A DNA stretch of 64,000 nt from Cladosporium halotolerans (taxonomy: Eukaryota): positions 1 through 64,000 of the forward strand of contig NW_027191501.1 in NCBI RefSeq assembly GCF_011745625.1, written 5' to 3'. A program made the translations under genes and the position numbers. Numbering within the stretch: position 1 is the first letter of the stretch; each line of letters begins with the position of its first letter. Positions 46,368 to 59,374 of this stretch are shown here, piece after piece. Under the pieces are notes generated by a model. The model was given only the letters and a program-made list of their open reading frames with translations. It was not told the origin of the DNA and ran no database searches.

Positions 46368-47738
46368 ATGGTCCGCAACCTCGTCGTCTTCGGAGGCTCC
46401 TCCCACCCTCAGCTCACCGAGAACATTTGCACCCACCTCGGCATCCCGGCCTCCAACATCGTGCTTAACAAGTTCGCCAATGGAGAGACCAGGGTTGAGA
46501 TCGGAGACAGTGTGCGCGATAAGGACGTTTACATTGTACAATCCGGCGGCGGAAAGGTCAATGATCACCTGATGGAGCTCCTCATCACTTTGAGCGCATG
46601 CAAGACCGCGAGCGCAAGGCGAGTCACTGCTGTCCTGCCTCTCTTCCCTTACTCGAGGCAAAGTGACCTGCCCTACAACAAGGTCGGCGCGCCTTTGGCG
46701 AGAATGCCTGCCAAGCTTGATGGCGACCAAGACTACACTTTCAACTCGAGGCCTGCGAGCCCCTACCCCGGCGGCCCGGAGAGCCAGGGCGTGAACAATG
46801 GCAACGGCGCAAGCTCTCTCCAGAGGAAACTCAACGGCCTATCTCTGTCGAAGAAGTCGGGTCCGCGGCGCAAGGATACACTGGATAGCGTCCAGTCTGA
46901 CACCGGCTCCGCCGAGTCCTACTTCGAGGGCGAGACGCCGAATGGCGCCTCCGCAACGAGCAACCCGCAGCCCGCAGCCCCGCCTCAGATGTCTGTTCAG
47001 AAGGGCTACAAGCAATGGGTTGCCCAGGCTGGTACCCTTGTTGCTGACCTCTTGACTTGCGCTGGCGCAGACCATGTCATCACAATGGATCTTCACGACC
47101 CTCAATACCAGGGTTTCTTCGACATACCTGTCGATAACCTCTACGGCAGACACATGCTGAAGAAGTACATTCAGCAGCAGATCATTCCCAAGCACGGCGG
47201 GCCTGATAACTGCGTCATCGTGAGTCCGGATGCTGGCGGCGCAAAGCGCGCGACGAACATCGCAGACGCCTTGAACACGGACTTCGCTCTTATTCACAAG
47301 GTAAGCATGCAGATTTGTAGCACATAGTCTGAGTCTTGTCAATCTGACATTACATAGGAGCGCCGCCCTACCCAGGTCTCTGACCGCCAGAATGCCACCA
47401 TGCTGCTCGTCGGCGAAGTGCGCAACCGCACAGCTATCCTTGTCGACGACCTGGCTGACACCTCCAACACGATCACCCGTGCCGCGAAGCTCCTCAAGAA
47501 GGAGGGCGCGCACACCGTCTACGCCCTGGTGACCCACGGCGTTTTCTCAGGTGACGCCGTCGAGCGCATCAACGCCAGCGCTCTCGACAAGGTCATCACG
47601 ACCAACTCTGTGCCTCAAGAGGAGCACCTCCGGGGCTGCCCGAAGCTCGAGGTTCTCGAGATCGGCAACGTCTTCGCCGAGGCCATCCGCAGAGTCCACC
47701 ACGGTGAGAGCATCAGCGTGCTCTTCCAGTACGATTAG
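46368..47738 (+). CDS. PRS5: Ribose-phosphate pyrophosphokinase, Prs5-type with a non-homologous insertion, 437 aa; exons 46368-47300 and 47358-47738
   Basis: FANGETRV, PYSRQ followed by a long S/G-rich insert, QAGTLVADLLTCAGADHVITMDLHDPQYQGFF, SPDAGG and LVDDLADT. Confidence 0.9.
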
Positions 47739-48301
47739 AGGGGTTTTCCACGGCTATAATGGCGGTAACGAAGTAAGGCTGAATTCTCGCATTACTACAC
47801 GGCGTTCGATGTTGGGAGGTGCCTGGTTTTGCTTTTGCTTTTCTGCCCTATAAACAATACGCTCCCGCGAGCTGCGCGAATCGCGCCGGGAGTCACAAGT
47901 AGCATGACATCGAGTCTGTCACGAACAGCAAGCGATAGAATAATCTTTCAGCATACTTTATCAAAATAGCAGCACAGAACACCAAGACCCAAGAGATGTA
48001 GGGCCGTAATATGCGCTCATAGGTCGTCGCGGGTCGAGTGAGTTCAATGGTGCTTTTGCCTGGATAACAAGGTGGATTCATTTCTAACCTTGAGCTGCAT
48101 GCGGCAATCTAAACGCTCAAGTTCACACGCGTTGTGAAGAAGAACAACATCATTAGCAAGAGCATTCGAGTCAGCTATTCTGCCAAAGAACCACGACTTG
48201 ATTCCCTGCATTCATCGCAGACCGCCTACGGCACTCGCCGCCCCACATCCCGGCCATCTCCAACATTTCCCCCCACGCCTCTGCCCTGGGGGAGCGGCTC
48301 C

Positions 48302-48310
48302 TCCACCAAA
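48302..48310 (+). promoter_or_regulatory. GARE-like core (TCCACCAAA) upstream of the GH53 galactanase
   Basis: CCNCCAA core about 270 bp upstream of the ATG, with CreA-type SYGGRG sites nearby (e.g. CTGGGG at 48286). Confidence 0.35.
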
Positions 48311-48576
48311 CCGCTCCGCAAGACGGCTCGAGATCAGTCGTTAGGCTTTGTTGTCTATGGGAAAACAATATAGAGCCTAAAGGCATTCTTTCTCCGACTG
48401 GTGGATTCATCAATCGCATATATTAGCCCATGTAGGGCTTTAGGTCTTTGTTTTTGGGCCTCGGATATTGCATCTTGAAGGAAGCGGTCCTGCTCTCCCA
48501 CGTGGACAGTATATAAATCATTATGTAGCTCTTGCAGATCCATGGTAGGCTCTCAGAGATCTCCAAGTCGTTCGCC

Positions 48577-49815
48577 ATGGTCCACCTCACATCTCTCACT
48601 TCGGCGGCGATCCTGTCGCTAGCTTCTCTCGCGGCTTCCGCGCCGAGCAACAAGAAGCCTTTCTTCTACAATGGCTTCGACCTTTCTTCCTTGAAGATCA
48701 TTGAAGACGGCGGTGCAGTGTTCAAGGACACTGCTCGCGGGAATGCCACAAGGCCCGTCGAGGATATCCTCGGCGACGCCGGCATGAACACCGTCCGCTT
48801 GCGCCTCTGGGTCGATCCAACCGTTCCTTACGATGGCGGCTACTACGAGACCTACGACTTGGACTACACGCTCGGGCTCGCGAAGCGTTTCTCAGAAAAG
48901 GGCTACAAGATCTACCTCGACTACCGTAAGCTTCCCCAAAACAAACCACCTACCCCACAGCCCAACCCACTCTCTAACCACCCCTTCCACGCAGACTTCA
49001 GCGACTACTGGGCGGACCCGCAAAAACAATGGCAGCCCGCCGCCTGGCCCACGACCCTCAAACCCCTCTCCTCCCGCCTGCGCTCCTACGTCTCCTCAAC
49101 CATGCAGGCCTTCGACGCCGCCGGCGTCGACCTAGCCCTCGTCAGCCTCGGCAACGAAATCCGCAACGGCATGGTGTGGCCGCTCGGCCGCGTCAGCGTC
49201 GACGTCGAGCCGCGCTCAGCCCGCACAGCGAACTTCACGGGCCTCGCAACACTCTACTCCGCCGCGCGCGAGGGCGTGCGCGACGCTGTCAAGGCCGGCG
49301 TGCAGGCACCCGAGGTCATGATCCACATCGACAACGGGTGGAACTTGACGACGCAGAGGCGATGGTTCGAGGCGCTGACGGCGACGGGGAAGGTGAAGAC
49401 GAAGGACTGGGATGTGATCGGGCTGAGTTTCTATCCGTTTTACGGGACGGGGGCGACGCTGGCGAATCTGAGGGAGGCGATGGGCTGGTTGGCGAGGAAG
49501 TATGGGAAGCCGATTCACGTTGTCGAGACGGATTGGCCGGCGATCTGCGAGGGGGAGAGCGCGCCGGTGTTGAGTGAGCCGGGGATTGAGGCGTCGGTTG
49601 AGGGGCAGTTGGAGTGGGGGAGGGAGGTTGTGAGGGCTGTTAAGGAGGTGCCGAAGGGTTTGGGTAGGGGTGTGAATTATTGGGAGCCGGCTTGGCTGAA
49701 CAATACTGGGCTTGGGTCGGCGTGTCAGGATGCTATCTTGTTTGAGGCTGATTGGAGTAACTGGCCGGAGGTGACTGCTTATTCGAGGGAGAGCGTGAAC
49801 CTGTTCGATGTGTGA
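48577..49815 (+). CDS. Secreted GH53 endo-beta-1,4-galactanase, 389 aa; exons 48577-48925 and 48995-49815
   Basis: Signal peptide, GMNTVRLRLWV, LDYHFSDYWADPQKQ, acid/base GNE, nucleophile VVETDWP and YWEPAW. Confidence 0.93.
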   Translation: MVHLTSLTSAAILSLASLAASAPSNKKPFFYNGFDLSSLKIIEDGGAVFKDTARGNATRPVEDILGDAGMNTVRLRLWVDPTVPYDGGYYETYDLDYTLGLAKRFSEKGYKIYLDYRKLPQNKPPTPQPNPLSNHPFHADFSDYWADPQKQWQPAAWPTTLKPLSSRLRSYVSSTMQAFDAAGVDLALVSLGNEIRNGMVWPLGRVSVDVEPRSARTANFTGLATLYSAAREGVRDAVKAGVQAPEVMIHIDNGWNLTTQRRWFEALTATGKVKTKDWDVIGLSFYPFYGTGATLANLREAMGWLARKYGKPIHVVETDWPAICEGESAPVLSEPGIEASVEGQLEWGREVVRAVKEVPKGLGRGVNYWEPAWLNNTGLGSACQDAILFEADWSNWPEVTAYSRESVNLFDV

Positions 49816-50321
49816 GGCAAGAGTTGATGTTCAGCGTGTTGCTGGCTGAGAAATCAACAAGAAATAGAGTGATTACAAGCTTCCAGAATCACCTACCAGC
49901 CTGCAAAGCTTTCAGGTCCATTTGTGCATCAGACCTTATTAGAGAGCATCGGTCAGGACGGCAAGATATAGAGGTAATATTTGCAGCCTGGCATTGGGAG
50001 GCAGCTCTCTTCGAGAGTCATCAGCAAAGGCAGAGAGTCCTTATTTCTATAGTAACTCATGATGAAATTAGATTTTTAATTTTTGATTCTGGTATAATGA
50101 AGTTTTCGGTCTGATGTTCTCAGGTTGTTGTGGAGCGAACACGAGAAGATGAGGTGAATCCTGAAGTCCTGAGGCCAGAAAGCGAATCGGGCAAAAAGCC
50201 GGGGTGATCTCTGGTCCACCCAAGACGCCTCACTTTCGTGCGTCTCATGTAGCGGCCACTATTCCCATTTAGATATCGTTTTCTCTCGGTAGGAAAAGAC
50301 TCAAGGTTTTGAGCAGCAATC

Positions 50322-51826
50322 ATGGACGACGAAGATGATGCCCCGCCCATGCTGGTGTCCGCCGATGGCACCGACGCAGTGGACGCCAGCTTGAGCGGCG
50401 AAATGGAAGACATGAATGTCACGAAAGTACCGATTTCTATCATTACAGGTCAGTGAAAATATCTCATCGTTTGCAAGTACTATCGGAGAGATTCGATCCT
50501 AAAGACCTGCTCGTTGCGAGCCTTCGATTTCCACGCATTTTGTTTCCATACCCCACCTCATATTACCAGTCCATCCCCGGCAGGCCTCAAAATCGTTTTA
50601 TAGCAGAAAGACCGAATTTAGTTTTAGCCGTACGCATCTTTCACAGTATTGACATTCTATCTAGGCTACCTCGGAGCCGGCAAATCCACCCTCCTCAACT
50701 ACATCCTCACGGCGCGCCACGGCAAGAAAATCGCCGTCATCCTAAACGGTCAGTCCCTAAGAACCCCAAGCGAACCCGAGCCCACCACCACAAACCAGAA
50801 ACAAAAACCAACCCCCACGCAACCAAAAAGAAACCCAATCTAACATTCCCCCCCTCCCCAGAATTCGGCAACACCACCTCCCTCGAGCAAAAGCCCCTGA
50901 CCGTCTCCTCCGCCGACTCCAGCCTCGCGACGGAGTGGCTCGACCTCGCCAACGGCTGCATCTGCTGCAGCGTCAAGGACGCCGGCGTCAACGCGCTCGA
51001 GTCCCTGATGGCCCGCCGCGGCGCCTTCGACTACATCCTGCTCGAGACGACGGGGCTCGCGGACCCGGGCAACATCGCGCCCGTCTTCTGGGTCGACGAA
51101 GGGCTCGGGAGCTCGATCTACCTCGACGGCATCGTGGCGGTCGTCGACGCCGGGGGGCTGGGGAGGGAGCTGGACGAGCCGGTGGGCGAGGAGGCGGTGG
51201 AGCACGAGGGCCACGGGGGGAAGGCGCTGTCCGTCGCGCACCTGCAGATTTCGCACGCGGACGTCGTGATCGTCAACAAGGCGGATCTGGTCTCTGAGGC
51301 GCAGCTGGCGGCGGTGGTGGCGCGGGTGCGCGCGATCAATTCGCTCGCGAGCGTGCGGGTCACGACGCGGGGGCGCGTGGATGCGCTGGAGGGGTCGGTG
51401 CTGGATTTGCACGCGTACGATCGCGTGCGGAGGGAGGATTTGGATTTCGCGGCCAAGGGGCACAGTCATCTTGATAAGGCGATTGGGACGGCGACGGTGC
51501 GGTTTGGGGTGCTGGGGGAGGGGGGGATGGGGGCGCTGGATGCGTGGTTGAGGCGTGTGCTTTGGGAGTCGAAGGTGCCGGGGTTTGAGGGGGCGGTGGG
51601 GTGGGAGGTGCACAGGGCTAAGGGGAGGGTGAGGTTGGAGGGTGGGCGGGTGAAGATGTTGCAGGGCGTGAGGGAGATTTTTGAGTTGATTGATGGGGTT
51701 GATGTGGATGGTGGTAGTGGAGAGGAGGAACAGGGCGGGAGAATTGTTTTCATTGGGCGCAATATTAGCGGCGAGACTGCCGAAGCGTTCCAGAAGAGCT
51801 TGGATACTGCCCTTGCGGGTGTGTAG
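50322..51826 (+). CDS. ZNG1: COG0523/CobW zinc-regulated GTPase metallochaperone, 391 aa; exons 50322-50448, 50665-50748, 50862-51826
   Basis: N-terminal DDAPPMLV motif, [29 protein letters not shown] and NKAD. Confidence 0.9.
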
Positions 51827-51956
51827 GACGGTTTGCGAGCGCAAATAGAAGGGAGTGACCCATGAGTCTGGGAACTTGCTTGATGAAGGCATGCATTAAT
51901 TGAGCGCATCAAGCCTTGATAGTGCTCATTAAGATATTTTTTGCCCTCTCATCGAT

Positions 51957-53634
51957 TCATCGAACATTATCCCGATGAAACACAACCATCATCCCCTGAT
52001 CCCCCACCCCAACCAGCCACTTCCCATCCGGGCTCCAACTCATCTGCGACGAAGCGAAATAGCTGCGGTAATTCGGCAGGCTCGTCGCAGGCGTCTTCGA
52101 ATAATGCGGCTGCAGCGGCGTCATAGGATCCTCAGTCGCAGAGCGAACGCCCGGGACGCCCAGCGAAGCGTCGGGGGTGGCGGAGGTGGACATGTTGGAG
52201 TCGTTGTTCGTAAGGGCTGAGCATAAATGTTAGCAATTACATTGAGATCAGATCAGTCGAAGAAGATGAAGGGCATACCGCTGGCGCCGTCACTGGCCAC
52301 GCTGGCGTCCCTCTTAAGACCACCAAGCCGACCGAGTCCCTCAGCATTGACGCCGTTTTTGGCTGCTTTCTTCCGCCCACCTTTCGGTTTCTTGAAAACA
52401 CCTTCGCCTTCCTCGCACCTCTGCAAGTCCCAGAAAAGGAACTTAGCCTGCTCGTTACCCATGACCAAGATCGGGCGCATGCCGGGCTCATGTAGCAGAC
52501 CAAACCGCAAATAGAATCGCGAAGTGTGCTTCGAATCGAGCGTGAGGAGTCGCTCGAAACCGCGAGAGGACTCCGAGTGAGGGAAGGCGGAGCGGGTGTA
52601 CAGGCCAGGGTACGGGATGGGAGGCTGGAGGGGATGAGGCATTTCGGCGTCGAAGCCGTCGATTCTCCATATCAGGATCTCGTTTTCTTTCAGGTCCTTG
52701 TCGCCCCCGTCGCCGTCGCCGCGGGCGGCGCGCGAGATGATGCTGTCGCCGTACCATTTGACACAGTCGACGAAGTTGGTGTGGATCTCCTGCGAGATGA
52801 AGCATGGGTAGGGGATTACCCTTGGCTCGACGTCGTTGGTGGGCAAAGAGTCAAGTTCGGAGAGCGGTGGGATCGCCCAGAGAGCGATTGCGGTGTCCAT
52901 GGCGCCGGTGAGCAGCCATCGCCCGTTCGGATGGAAGTCCAGGGCCAGGAGAGGCTGCTTGTGGCCTTGACCGCTTAGAATAGCTCTGCATGGCTGATTC
53001 TGGTGAGCAGGGCTTAGGTTCCAGATACGGACGGAGTAGTCTTCAGAGGCCGAAGCGAGGATGTAAGGCGATAGCGGCGATATCTGCAGGTCGTTGATTG
53101 CCCTTCCGTGACCGGGGAGTGTCTGAACGGGCTCATCTTGATCGATGTCGAAGACGAATATCGTTCGTGGGCTGCTGCCAGCAGCACATATCAACGGCGT
53201 GCCTTCTGCACTTACAGTCCAGCAAAGGCTGTTCAAGCAGACTGACTCATCGAGATGCCACCACTTCAAGATATCGTAGGATGCTGGGGGACCTTGTTTG
53301 ATGGCGCAGACAATCAACTAGGCAGACCGATTAGTGTCGGGTCTGGTAATCAGGTGGCGGAATGCGTACATCTCTGCCTCCGGTGAATGCGAAGATAGGC
53401 TCATCGTCTTCGACCGGCCAGGGCCAGAACTTGACATCGAACAGTGTGGATTCTACGCGATGTCAATTTACTGCGCTCCCCACGCACCGTGCATCTTACT
53501 GACCAGCGAGCTCATGCCCCTGCTATAGTACGACGTAAGTAATGGAGCCAATGACTTGCAAGGAACCCACGATCGATGCTCACCGCTCTTGCGCACAGTA
53601 CTAACGACGGAAATATGTCGGCGTTGGCCGGCAT
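51957..53634 (-). CDS. eed: Polycomb PRC2 WD40 subunit EED/ESC, 483 aa; exons 53634-53584, 53522-53504, 53452-53370, 53317-52279, 52216-51957
   Basis: LFDVKFWP, GHGRAINDL..SP, ASASEDYSVRIWN, DFHPNGRWLLTGAMD, EIHTNFVDCVKWYGD.IISRA and FYLRFGL match fungal EED. The 5' microexon model is less certain. Confidence 0.85.
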
Positions 53635-56431
53635 TATTGCAACAGAAGGACGTGGATGTATGTGAGGTCAAACCCTCAGCCCACGTGACCCTTCAAACCC
53701 CCACCGCCTGACACCAATCCCACATCAACAACAAGCGAAAGCAGGCTAAGTCTAGGCTCGCCCGGCCCGCCGCCTCAACGGTCGCCTCTGCGGCAGCTGA
53801 CGGCCGTTGCAGTACAGTATGCTGAAGCGACGAGGTTCCAGGCACTAGCGAAGGAAGAGCTCGCGGTCGCAGGCCCGCGACAAGGGTTGCTTGCGGGCAA
53901 TACGAGGTTCGCCGGCACCGACTACTGCTCGCGGGACGCCAGCCTAAATTTCGCAAACAGGCCGAAGCAGCCCTCCTTCCTTCCTTCGGCTGTCCTGCGC
54001 AGGCTGCAGGTCGGCGCGAAAGCTTCTCGGCTAGCGGCAGGCGGCGGGTGCGCTCCGAGTGGGCCGGTGTGGGAGTCGTTGTCAGACGGTCGTGGGCGAG
54101 GGCTGGCGCGGCATGCGAATAATCGACGATGGCCTGGCTCGATGCGCGCGATGGGGTCCGGGGCTTGTCGACGCAGGCTGCTGGCGATGCTCGGCGCTCG
54201 TCGGAGTCGCGGGCGCAGCAGGCTGGAACGAGCCGGATGGTGAAAGCCTCGACTGCAGCGCGAGTAATGGCGGGCGAGGCGCGAGTGGAGCATGAGATGT
54301 AGTCAGGACAGAGAGGCCTCGCTAGAGTCGCTAAGAGCGCTGCTATGCCGGAAGCGGTAGTTGCGAGGGGACGGTGGCACAGTGAGTATCATGTCAGCCA
54401 CGCTGGTGGCCGAGAGCGCGTGGGAGCAGCGGGCGGGCGTCTCTGGTGCAGGAGAATCTCCCGACAGGACACATTGCATGCGCACGGGGGTGACGGCCTG
54501 GCCTTCACACACCGCGCGTTTGCTTTGTAGGACGATGACATGAGACGGCAAGGCGCGGTTATTCTTACTTTACCCGACTCTCGGGACGCGCGTGAATCCT
54601 AGCATACAGGCCGTGAAGACGCGGGGCTCCGTTGAGACCTGTCACAACGGTCATTTGATGAGAAGGCGCACAGGCACGCAGGACGCTCGCGCTGTGTCTG
54701 CAGTCAGAATGCCCTGCGCAAAGCCTACAGACAGCCCTATATCCCACGCCAGGCAACGGCGCAGGCGGAAGGAGACTTCCGCAGGACCGGCATGAGAACG
54801 CGGCGTGGGTTGATGGTTTGCAAGCAGGCAAGCAGACAAGCGGGCTGGTGGAGGCTGCATGCGGGTGGAACGCCGGCTCTTCGTCAGCAGGAGGGCGCTG
54901 TTCGAGCGAGTAGCAACAGAAATCACTCATCGCGGACGAGTGCGCATGCTAGCGTGGGGAGAAAACATGGGCAGAAACTCTGCAATTCGAGGAGGGGAGC
55001 GGTCATTGGCAGAAGCGTGGGCGGACGCCACCAGGATGTCTCATGCAGGGATGGTATTTCTGCAGCGGCGCGGCGTGGGCATGGCGCATACCAGTGTTGC
55101 TAATTACCTGGGATCATTCGACCTACAGTCTGTATTGATGTCCGCGGATTCACCAAACACACACGATGCACCCACCTGGCAGTGCCATACATGCATGGAG
55201 CAACAGCGAGGATGATTGCGCGGGTGAGCAGCGGTGCAGCAACGGTGCTATACCGGCGAACGGCTGGTCAATGGCGCTTTGGCGTTTGCGGGGAGAGCCA
55301 CCTGGCACGGCGTGTCGCTCCGCGTGCGTGGCTCGCGCAGGCCTTGCCGATGCCGACTCCCACCCCGATGACGCTGGCCGCTCGCCGTCGGTCTGCCGCT
55401 CGTCCTGTGCTGTGCTGTGCTGCTTGGCTGAGACGCGCTCCGTGCCTGTGAAGAAGAAGACCCTCTCCAAGCCTCGTCCTCACGGACCTACCCACGCCGC
55501 GCACCACCAGCAGGCGTCGATAGTTGCGACACCGCCGAGAGCGCAGCCGCAACTACATATACCGGACGACCTACAGTATACAGCCTAACTCCAAGCCTAA
55601 GCGTGCAGTGCCGGCCCGCAGCCTCCGCCTACCTATTTTCGATGCAAGGTCAAGACGCCGATTCTCAAACCTGCCCGCGACCCACCCGCCGCCGGCCGTG
55701 GCCCTCGCACAGCGCCGCCATCGCGTGAGACTTCAATTTTCTGCAATCGTGACGTACCGCTACCCTTGCTGCTGACTTCTGCGACCCGCCACCGTGCAGC
55801 GCCGGGCCTCGCGCGCCTCGTTGGCGGCACGGAGCCTGCACCCTGCGCCGCGACTGTCCTGCCCGCCCTCATTGGCCCACCTTGCGCCCGCCTTGGGACC
55901 GCCAGCAAGACACCACGCTTCGCAACCCTCTGTGTCTTCATCCCTCCCACGAAGCCCCAGCTGCGCCGCTCTCCTGGACTCGAGCCTCCTCGCCGACCCA
56001 GCCCCGCTGAACCTGGACCCATCCCCGGTCGAAGCATTTCGCCCTGTCGCCACCCGCCTCCGGCCCGTGGAACCACCATCGCCTCATCCAGACTGCTTCT
56101 CGCCAGCATAACCGAGCACGAGTTCGTCGCGCTGCACCCGCTCCAGCACCACTCCACGCACATCCCCCTCACGAGATAAGAGGCGGACGTTTGGCAGCCA
56201 GTGGCTCTTTTAGGACCTCTCAGGCTCGCCCAATCCACCGAAGCAGAGTACTCGAGCAAGACACACTACACTTGGTGTTCAGACGCCAATCGAGGTTGCA
56301 AGATTGTTTAGAGGAGACATAAGAGGCTCGAAGCCACAAGTCAGACCTGCGCTTGTGGCCTTGCCCATTAGTCGGTACATTGTTCGATGCTCACGCTCGA
56401 CATCTAAGACTCGTCCGTCCAACAGCCCATA

Positions 56432-58142
56432 ATGGAGACGACGTTTATCTCGATTCATGGTGAGCACTCGCATGCGCATCTCCACCCTGACGCCGGCCAA
56501 TGCTGACCAGGTGACCAGACTTGACGCCCGAGGCGCACATCTTGTATTCTTCAGACTCCGTGATCGACATCCTTGGCTACACTCCAGATGAAATCGTCAA
56601 TCGTTCTGCGTGGGAGTTCTTCTCCAAGGATGAGCTCCCCGAGGCACAGGAGTTTCACCGCAAGCGCGTCACCATGGACAAGGCGGCCGTGCTGGCCTAC
56701 TGCAATGTCATGAGCAAATCCGGCGACTGGATCAATTGCGAATGTTGTTTCACCATCGTCTACGACGTGATGATCGTCTGTACCTCTATCTACCAGCGCG
56801 GTGGCAAAGCACAAGGTACGTCTCACGTCAAGCAGGCACGACCGGCTTCAAGCTGACGCTCCCATCAGGCCGCGCGCTTGCAGCGCCCATTGTCAGACGC
56901 ATATTTTCTGCTTCGCCCAAGGACCCGAGATACCACATGTTGTCGCACATCTCCGCCAAATTCACACAGCCTTCAAAGGCTCAACTGCACGAGCCTCGAG
57001 CAGCGCTTTTCCTGAATCGCTTCACCCGCACACTGACCATCATGTACGCCACGAGCGCGCTGGAGGAGGTCATTGGCATTCCAGCCGCTGCCATGCGCGG
57101 TCGAAGTTTCTACTACTGTATTGCAGAGAACTGCTTGCAGGATTCTATCAAATGTATTGAGAACGCAAAGGGCAACGACTCGATCGCCTATCTTCGGTTC
57201 TGGTTCCGAGACCCTCGAACAGACGATCCCGCACCGGCTCCCGACGCCGACAGCGACGACGAGATGACTACGGAAATGAGTGAAGATATGAGCGAAGGTG
57301 GCGTTCAGCTTCGCAGTCAAGGAGGCATATCTTCCAGGAGTACGCAATCGTCGGCACTGGAGTCTTCTGACAGCATGGACGTTGACACTGACACAAGCGC
57401 GCCAAACCCAGGGGATCCCAATTCGCGCACTTCTTCTGGAGACAGCGGAAACGAGAACGAGACGCACGAGGCCATCTTTGGTGAATCGAGAGAATCCCGG
57501 TCGTCCGCGTCTTCGATCCCTTCGTCACCGGAGACTCCTCGCACCGCACCCACTCGTGCTACGAATGATCCCATCGAGCTCGAAGCCGTCATCTCCTGCA
57601 CCTCGGACGGTCTGGTCGTCTGTCTCCGCAAAGCCCGCCCTGCAGTTCCTCGCCAGACCCAGCCCGCGACCAGACCAGTCCACGAACCCGGCATGTTCGC
57701 AGCTCCTTGGGCAAGCCAGCCTGTACTCCCGCCTCTCGAAGTGCGAGCCGGCAGTGGCGGTCTCGGAACAAGCTTCGCGCCCTCGCTCGGTCCCATGGGC
57801 GCAAGGCACGACTCCGCCTCGCCGCCCCGTGCTCACAGTGTCGACCACCACGACTTCATGTCCGCTATCCGCGACCAGGCAGTCTTCGCTTGGGCGCTCA
57901 CGGGCATCAACGGCGCCCTTGGCGACTTCGCCAAGGGAAAGCCGCGCGGCGATGCTACTCCTGCGGATGGCTTTGCGGTTTGGGCGAACGACGCGTCGCA
58001 GGCATCGGGCAATCTCGAGTCACGACAGGATGTCGGCCTTGCATCGAATGAGGAAAGGCGGGCTGCTACTCAGATGTTTGGCGATCCTGGTCTGGGCAGG
58101 AACAATGGTGGCAGCAACGGTAATGGAGCTGCTGCGAGGTGA
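56432..58142 (+). CDS. Fungal PAS-domain protein, 532 aa; exons 56432-56459, 56519-56815, 56869-58142
   Basis: METTFISIHDLTPEAHILYSSDSVIDILGYTPDEIVNRS PAS fold, a second PAS-like block (LNRFTRTLTIMYAT) and ELEAVISCTSDGLVV. Confidence 0.85.
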
Positions 58143-58799
58143 TGAATCAGGGTCTGGCGTCACAATACTTGCGATGGCACGGTCTCCGCCATGCTCTGGA
58201 CCTCCCGCCCACTCCCATGCCTAATCGATCCTCCGCTGCTTCGCCCCACCGACAGTGGTCACAGCCTCAAGTGGACGACAGCAGCACCACCCAACCTCCC
58301 GCACCGACCACGGCAACACCACCACACCCCCGCCGTGCTCGCCTCCGAATCTCAATGAAACTTGACGAACAATAATGACAACGGCAAATGAAAGGGAAAA
58401 AAATTTTGGGTCAGGCAAAGCGAGCAGCGAAATTTTCGGCACGGCGTACACTTACTTTGATATCCCTCAAAACCCCGACGAAGGCCTTCCGCGGATGAAC
58501 AGCAAGTCACGGGTTCCGACCCGTTCTCCATCCGCTCAAGTCTTTCGCCTCATGCGGGTGTTGCTTTCCAGTCTCTATTCTATCTTTCTCAGCGAGAGGC
58601 GCGAATCCGCCAATGAAGTCCTTTCGATATCCGTTTCCTGCTTCTTTCGGGATGTTGCTTTTAGTCCTCCTCGCCCGCGTATGCATTCGAAAACCCGGCG
58701 TCCCTCCCCAGCCTTCCTTCCATAGCTAGCTTTTGTAACCCAACGCCTCCATCTTTTCCCAGCCCAACCCATCACATCCCACCCCGCCCATCATCTCCC

Positions 58800-59341
58800 T
58801 CAATCCCGCATGAAAATCCCCTCCTCCCCAACCCTCGCCATAAACTCCACCCGCCTCTCACAAACCCTCCACGCCCCGCTCGCGCCCGCCGTCTCCGCTC
58901 CAACACCCGGCACCAGCACCAGCTCGTCGACGTACTTCCCGTACGCCGTGCATGTGTACCCTTCCCACTGTCCTTTGCCGAAGTGCACGCCGGAGAAGTA
59001 CGTCGTCGCGGAGGCGCGCGTGGGCGGGTCGGAGGGGGCGAGCGCGATGTGCTGCGTTGTGAGGGCGTGCTGGGATGTGATGGCGTGCAGGCTGCGGTCG
59101 AGCTAGGTCAGCGCGGGTTTTTTGTTTTGGGGGGGGGAGGGGAGGGGGGAACGCACCGGCCGGCGATGACGCGCTGCACGGTTTCGAGGCCGTGCATTTC
59201 GCCGCCGGGGAAGGGGTAGGAGGCGCGGACGTCGGGGGTGAAGACTTGCGAGAGCTGGTTGAGGTCTTTGGTGTCGAGGGCGAGGCAGTAGAGGGCGAGG
59301 AGGTTGCGGATTGCGAGGGTGTCGTGGGGGTTGGGTGGCAT
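58800..59341 (-). CDS. SnoaL/NTF2-like (BaiE-type) domain protein, 158 aa; exons 59341-59157 and 59091-58800
   Basis: IRNLLALYCLALDTKD....VFTPD, SQHAL, GKYVDEL and WRVCERRV. Confidence 0.85.
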
Positions 59342-59374
59342 TTTGGGAGGATTTTTGGGAGGATTTTTGGGAGG
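59340..59374. repeat. Three tandem copies of a ~12-bp unit (ATTTTTGGGAGG) abutting the SnoaL start codon
   Basis: ATTTTGGGAGG ATTTTTGGGAGG ATTTTTGGGAGG. Confidence 0.7.

Noticed and set aside
50449..50664. Long (216-nt) first intron of ZNG1 with a weak hairpin (GCTCG-TTG-CGAGC), considered as a snoRNA host
   Set aside because: No convincing C/D boxes or H/ACA architecture.
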